Of a DNA stretch of 11,196 nucleotides, positions 6,705 to 11,196 are shown in pieces (the stretch's first letter is position 1; each line of letters opens with the position of its first letter). Below the pieces are notes generated by a model. The model made no database searches. It saw nothing but the letters and a program-made list of their open reading frames with translations, and was not told the DNA's origin. The DNA is from an archaeon (GTDB lineage Archaea; Iainarchaeota; Iainarchaeia; Iainarchaeales; Iainarchaeaceae): NCBI GenBank assembly GCA_035289485.1, contig DATDXA010000008.1:1-11196 (forward strand). Reading direction: 5' to 3'. The translations under genes were made by a program, and so were the position numbers.

Positions 6705-7971
6705 ATACATTTCCACCAACAATAGTTTTTTCCACAAAGCCTTTTAACTTCCTCCCGTTGAACGGGCTGTACCCCGCCTTTGTAAATAGCTTCTCATTCT
6801 CAACTTTCCAGCTCTTTTTCATGTCCACAATCACAAGGTCGGCATCGAATCCCGCTTTTATGAGCCCTTTTGATTTCCAACCAAAGAGCTGCGCGGGCCT
6901 CTCACTTGCCGCGCTCACAACCCTTGCAAGCGGAATTTTCTTCGCGTTCATTGCATCAAGCATCAGCGGAAGCATTGTTTCAACCCCCGGAACTCCCGAA
7001 GGGCAGTCCGAGTACCCTTTCGCCTTTTCCTGCGGCGAGTGCGGCGCGTGGTCTGTTGCGACTATATCAATCGCTCCGCTTTTGAGCCCCGCAAACAATG
7101 CCCTGCGGTCCTTTGATGATTTTATGGAAGGGTTGCATTTTATCAAATTTCCAAGCTTTTTGTAATAGGAATTATCAAGAAAAAGATGCTGCGGCGCTGC
7201 CTCGCATGTGACCGCCTTTCCGAACTTTCCTCTCTTTCCTTTTTTCACGGCTTCAAGCCCTTTTTTTGATGAGAGGTGCGCGATGTGGAGCCTGTTCCCG
7301 ATTTTTCCCTGAATCTCAAGCAGGGCCTTTATCGCCTTCTCTTCCGCAACATCCGTGCGTATCTTCTCGTGCACCGAAGCGTCAGTGCGCCCCTTGAACT
7401 TTTCCATATTTTTCCTTATCTCCTCTTCATCTTCAGCGTGCGCCACAATCACAAGATTTTTTTCCAAAGCAAGCCTGAAGAGATTTTCAATTGAATCCCT
7501 TTTGTTGAGAAGAATATCCCCCGTAGTCGAGCCATAATAGAGCTTTACAGCGCGCAGCCCGCTCCCGCACGCATTTTTTATTTCCTCAATATTATCCTCA
7601 GTTGCCGCCATGTACAAATCAAAATTTACGGAAGCATCCTTTGCAATAAGATTTCTCTTTTCCGTGAGCGCTTGCAGAGTTGTTGTTGCGGGCTTTGTGT
7701 TCGGCATGTCCATTACCGTTGCAATCCCGCCATGAAGCGCGGCAAGAGAGCCCGAAACCCAGTCCTCCTTGTATTCAAGCCCCGGTGTGCGGAAGTGCAC
7801 GTGCGCATCAATTGCCGCGGGCAGAATTATTTTTCTCGAGCAGTCAATTTCCTTTTCCGCGCCGATTTTCTTTTTAGAAATTGCGGATATTTTTCCGCCT
7901 TCAATAAGGATATTGGCATATTCAATTTTGCCGTTTATAAATGCTTTTCCGTTGGTCAGGGATAGTTTCAT
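6697..7971 (-). CDS. pyrC: Dihydroorotase
   Basis: DAHVHFRTPG (HxHxR with the DHOase substrate Arg), DMPNTKP, HAED, HIAHLSS, KCNPSIK, ATDHAPH and GVPGVE. Overlaps the pyrE start. Start at ATG 7971 rather than TTG 7977. Confidence 0.92.
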   Translation of the reverse strand: MKLSLTNGKAFINGKIEYANILIEGGKISAISKKKIGAEKEIDCSRKIILPAAIDAHVHFRTPGLEYKEDWVSGSLAALHGGIATVMDMPNTKPATTTLQALTEKRNLIAKDASVNFDLYMAATEDNIEEIKNACGSGLRAVKLYYGSTTGDILLNKRDSIENLFRLALEKNLVIVAHAEDEEEIRKNMEKFKGRTDASVHEKIRTDVAEEKAIKALLEIQGKIGNRLHIAHLSSKKGLEAVKKGKRGKFGKAVTCEAAPQHLFLDNSYYKKLGNLIKCNPSIKSSKDRRALFAGLKSGAIDIVATDHAPHSPQEKAKGYSDCPSGVPGVETMLPLMLDAMNAKKIPLARVVSAASERPAQLFGWKSKGLIKAGFDADLVIVDMKKSWKVENEKLFTKAGYSPFNGRKLKGFVEKTIVGGNVYG

Positions 7972-8012
7972 GTTCAATAGGTTTTTATTGCAGGCAATAT
8001 TTAACTATATAT
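7972..8012. promoter_or_regulatory. 41-bp divergent promoter region between pyrC and the amidohydrolase
   Basis: AT-rich. Minus-strand TTAAATA (7998-8004) sits about 27-33 nt before the pyrC ATG, and plus-strand TTTTTATT (7982-7989) about 24-31 nt before ATG 8013. Confidence 0.5.
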
Positions 8013-9386
8013 ATGGGCAAACAAGGCACTTATTTGAATGGCCTGCTTAAGAAGCGAAGTCATACTCGCAGTCTTAAGCCTTTACACGCTCCGCCATTTC
8101 CCCATCCAGAACTACTGAAAAAGGAAAAAATAAATTCCGGTCGCCTCGCCAAAATCATAGGCTCCATACGCAGAATCGATGCCGTAAATCCGCATACTCG
8201 CATCACGCGCCTTGCCTTTTCAAATAATGAGGACAGGGCTTTGGGGATTGTTAAAAATGCGATGCAAAAGAATGGCCTTTCAGCCTGGTATGATTCTTTT
8301 GGCAATCTTCATGGACAGTACGGAAGCGGGGCACAAAAGCCGGTAATGATAAGCTCCCATCTTGACACCGTTCACAAGGGCGGGGCGTTCGATGGGCTTG
8401 CAGGCGTTGCAGTAGGCCTTGAGGCTCTGCTCTCAATAAAGGATTCCGGCATCAGGACAAAGCGCCCCATAAAACTGGTTATTTTCCGCGGAGAGGAATC
8501 AGTATCATTTGGCAAGCCCAGTCTGGGAAGTAATGCGGCCATTGGCGAGCTCACCGCGAAAGATTTGGCAAGAAAGCACGCCTTTTTGGAAGGAAACAGG
8601 ACATTGCGCTCATTACTCTCTTCAAGGGGTCTTAAATACTATCCCGACCAGAAAATAATCACGCCACATAATACTCAATCAAACCTTGAGCTTCATGTAG
8701 AGCAAGGAGGAAAGCTTGCCAGATCCCGCACAAGCCGAATCGCTGTAGTGGACAGGATTGCCGGCTCTAACAGGTTCTCGCTTGAATTCACCGGGGAAGC
8801 TACCCATTCAGGCGCCACTGAGATGGGTGTGAAAAACAGACGCGATGCGCTTCTTGCAGCCTCAAAAGCGGCACTGCTGGCAGACGAACTTGCACGGCAA
8901 GAATCTAAAAGGCTTGGCACTGACATCAAGGCAACTGTAACTGACTTGAAGGTAGTAGATGCGAACCTGACCGCCGTTCCCGGAAAGGTTCTTGCAAGAG
9001 TAGATGTTCGTGGTGTAAATGAACGTCAGCGTGAGGCATTTGTGCGAAAACTTCTAAGACGCATTAAAGAGCAGAGTGGCGAGAATCGTGTGGACATAAA
9101 GTTCAATCAGATTTCAAAATCGTCCCCCGGAAGGCTGCACAGCACCGTCAAATCTGCAATAAGGCGCGCTGCGCAAAAAACAGGGTTTGCACAAGAGCTG
9201 CGCACACTAGATTCCGGTGCGGGTCACGATGCAATAGTTCTCTCAACTGTCATCCCAAGCGGGATGATTTTCATACCAAGCGAAGGCGGGCTTTCCCATA
9301 ATTCAAGGGAAAAAACATACTTTTCGGATTTGCAGAAGGGCACAATTCTTGCAAAGCATACGCTCATTGAACTGGCAAACAAATGA
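8013..9386 (+). CDS. M20-family Zn-dependent N-carbamoyl-amino acid amidohydrolase (allantoate amidohydrolase / beta-ureidopropionase-like)
   Basis: TRLAFS, DSFGNL, SHLDTV, GAFDGLAGV, GEES, ELHVEQG, GEATHSGAT, RRDALLAA, VDVR, SGAGHDA and GMIFIPSEGGLSHN. The metal ligands look intact. Start moved to ATG 8013 because 7941 overlaps pyrC. Confidence 0.92.
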   Translation: MGKQGTYLNGLLKKRSHTRSLKPLHAPPFPHPELLKKEKINSGRLAKIIGSIRRIDAVNPHTRITRLAFSNNEDRALGIVKNAMQKNGLSAWYDSFGNLHGQYGSGAQKPVMISSHLDTVHKGGAFDGLAGVAVGLEALLSIKDSGIRTKRPIKLVIFRGEESVSFGKPSLGSNAAIGELTAKDLARKHAFLEGNRTLRSLLSSRGLKYYPDQKIITPHNTQSNLELHVEQGGKLARSRTSRIAVVDRIAGSNRFSLEFTGEATHSGATEMGVKNRRDALLAASKAALLADELARQESKRLGTDIKATVTDLKVVDANLTAVPGKVLARVDVRGVNERQREAFVRKLLRRIKEQSGENRVDIKFNQISKSSPGRLHSTVKSAIRRAAQKTGFAQELRTLDSGAGHDAIVLSTVIPSGMIFIPSEGGLSHNSREKTYFSDLQKGTILAKHTLIELANK

Positions 9387-9391
9387 TTAGC

Positions 9392-10264
9392 TTATTCCTG
9401 CCGCCACTCATAATATTCCTTAAGCGAAACGCGCCTGCCGCTCTTCAGGTATGCGAATTTCCCGAACTCCTTCATCTTTGAGAGCTCTTTTCCTGAAAAT
9501 ACCGGCCCATCAGCGCACACAAGCTTGTCATCGAGCACGCACTCGCCGCAAACCCCGATTCCGCACTTCATATATCTCTCAACCGATGCCTCAAAATTGC
9601 ATTTGTATTTTTGTGCTATTTCAAGCGCGCGCACCTCCATTATTTCAGGGCCGCACGCATAAATCATATCAAATTTTTCCTTTTTCAAGAGCTTCTCAAG
9701 CACCTGCACATTATATCCTTTTTCCCCGTAGCTCCCATCATCAGTTGTTATGTAGAGTTTTCCGCATCTTCCAAGCTCATTTTCAAAAACAATTCTCTCT
9801 TTTGTCCTTCCGCCAAGAATTATTGCAATTTTGCATTTGTTTTCCGCAAGCCTTTGCGCAAGGAGCACCACCGAATCTATTCCAACGCCGCCCGCAACAA
9901 TCGCCGCCTTCTTCACTCCTTTCACAGTGAAAGGCTTCCCATAAGGCCCGCGCACACCGAGCATGCTCCCTGCCTTTGATTCGAGAATTTTTTTGGTGGC
10001 GTTTCCCTTTGCCTCGATATTGAACGCGTATTTTTTTCCCCAAGGTATCAGTGCTATTGGCTTTTCATCAATCCCTGGCAGCCAGACCATGGCAAATTGC
10101 CCAGGTTCAAAGCTCATCTCCTCATCCATGTAAAAAGTCATGTTGCCCGCAAATTCCTCGCGTACCTTTGCGATTTTTACCATGCGCGTTTTTGTCCACG
10201 AAGGCCAATCGTTTTCATTGCAGCCGCAGCAATTGCAATCGCACCCTTCCTCACTTTTTTTCAT
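9392..10264 (-). CDS. pyrK: Dihydroorotate dehydrogenase electron transfer subunit (PyrK/PyrDII)
   Basis: EPGQFAMVW, GVRGPYG, VAGGVG, TTDDGSYG, YACGPE and the [2Fe-2S] motif ERYMKCGIGVCGEC...VCADGPVF. Start is ATG 10264 (overlapping the pyrD end) or ATG 10183. Confidence 0.93.
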   Translation of the reverse strand: MKKSEEGCDCNCCGCNENDWPSWTKTRMVKIAKVREEFAGNMTFYMDEEMSFEPGQFAMVWLPGIDEKPIALIPWGKKYAFNIEAKGNATKKILESKAGSMLGVRGPYGKPFTVKGVKKAAIVAGGVGIDSVVLLAQRLAENKCKIAIILGGRTKERIVFENELGRCGKLYITTDDGSYGEKGYNVQVLEKLLKKEKFDMIYACGPEIMEVRALEIAQKYKCNFEASVERYMKCGIGVCGECVLDDKLVCADGPVFSGKELSKMKEFGKFAYLKSGRRVSLKEYYEWRQE

Positions 10265-11171
10265 GCGCAATCCCTTTCAACTCACTTATTTTTGAATACC
10301 CTTCTTTCTTCATCCAATCTTTCATCTCATCGCAGGTTTTTTTGAAAACTCCTGTTCCGTGCTGCCAGACCGCGCTTCCAATCCCGCAGACAGTCGCTCC
10401 TGCCATGATGTATTCAAGCGCGTCGCGCCCATTGGAAATTCCTCCCTCACCGATTATTGGTATCTCTACTTTTTCATAAAGCTCGTAGACTATTTTCATG
10501 TTTATGGGCTTTAGCGCAGGCCCGCTCATGCCGCCCTTCTTGAATGCAAGTATAGGCCTGCGGGCATCAGCATCTATCAGCATTCCCGGCATCGTGTTCC
10601 CCGCGCAGAGAGCATCTGCTCCCGCCTCTTCGCATGCCTTGCCAACATTTACTGGAGAAGTTGCGGCAGGAGTTAGCTTTGCAATCACCGGGATTTTCCC
10701 TGCAACATTTTTCACGCTTGAAACAATCTTTGCGGAAATCTCGGGGTCAGCGGCGAATTGTATATCATGCCACTCAGTGTTGGGGCAGGAAATATCCAGT
10801 TCAATCATGTCGGGCTTTTTTTCCACAACATAGCGTGCAACTTCTGAAAATTCCTCCCACTTAGAGCCGTAAATGCTTGCAATGAGCGGAACCCCGATTT
10901 TTTTGAGCCCTTTTAGCTCCTCAAATTCCTCATCATAATTTTTGTATCCGGGGGTAGGAAGGCCAACAGCATTCAAAAGCCCGTGCTCCCATTCAATCAC
11001 AGTTGGATTATTGTGCCCTATGCGCTCGCGCGGGCCAATGCTCTTCATAGTTACCGCTCCCGCGCCCTCGCGCGCAACCCTTAGAAGCTGCCCGGCATTC
11101 ACGCCGAGTATTCCGGAAGCAAGCCGCGTGGGGTTCTTTAGCCGCACACCGCAAAATTCCGTTTCAAGCAT
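10251..11171 (-). CDS. pyrD: Dihydroorotate dehydrogenase catalytic subunit, family 1B
   Basis: LKNPTRLASG, GAVTMKS, LLNAVGL, ISCPN (catalytic Cys), IAKLTP, GNT and GGMSGPALKP, paired with pyrK. ATG 11171 follows the SD GGAGTGA. Confidence 0.95.
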   Translation of the reverse strand: MLETEFCGVRLKNPTRLASGILGVNAGQLLRVAREGAGAVTMKSIGPRERIGHNNPTVIEWEHGLLNAVGLPTPGYKNYDEEFEELKGLKKIGVPLIASIYGSKWEEFSEVARYVVEKKPDMIELDISCPNTEWHDIQFAADPEISAKIVSSVKNVAGKIPVIAKLTPAATSPVNVGKACEEAGADALCAGNTMPGMLIDADARRPILAFKKGGMSGPALKPINMKIVYELYEKVEIPIIGEGGISNGRDALEYIMAGATVCGIGSAVWQHGTGVFKKTCDEMKDWMKKEGYSKISELKGIAHEKK

Positions 11172-11196
11172 CTCAATCACTCCCGAGCATGCTCCC

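Noticed and set aside
6697..7971. Allantoinase or dihydropyrimidinase assignment for the cyclic amidohydrolase
   Set aside because: The HVHFR Arg, DMPNT and direct coupling to pyrE-pyrF favour dihydroorotase.
7941..8012. Longer start for the amidohydrolase
   Set aside because: Would overlap the pyrC 5' end head-to-head and translate the divergent promoter; ATG 8013 is preferred.
8013..9391. Amidohydrolase as a mobile element insertion
   Set aside because: No terminal inverted repeats, target-site duplication or transposase seen.
5506..10864. Numerous 60-190 aa alternative-frame or antisense ORFs over the pyr genes
   Set aside because: They overlap well-supported genes and lack motifs.
11185..11194. 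Palindrome GAGCATGCTC upstream of pyrD
   Set aside because: Single short palindrome at the window edge that may belong to the end of an upstream gene; cannot be evaluated.

Overview
Archaeal chromosomal window; a DPANN lineage such as Iainarchaeota/Diapherotrites or Micrarchaeota is plausible but only inferred from gene content. On the left, a TATA-binding protein gene (minus strand, runs off the window and is absent from the ORF track) lies divergent from the conserved archaeal rpl21e-rpoF-DUF655-ksgA cluster. On the right is a minus-strand nucleotide metabolism block: pyrD-pyrK, then pyrC-pyrE-pyrF, a membrane-anchored hypothetical protein and an AMP phosphorylase. The pyr cluster is interrupted by an oppositely oriented M20-family N-carbamoyl-amino-acid amidohydrolase that is unusually basic and has an N-terminal extension; it could be a ureidosuccinase or beta-ureidopropionase giving the cluster a catabolic branch. 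Other oddities are a PyrF with a re-spaced catalytic motif (DxxKxxxD), a KsgA lacking the motif IV Asn, a PyrD with ELD instead of ELN, a Cys-rich PyrK N-terminus, a 9-mer shared at identical distance upstream of two genes, and stacked TATA-like boxes upstream of tbp. No RNA genes, CRISPR arrays or mobile elements were recognised. All calls come from reading motifs by eye, with no database searches.
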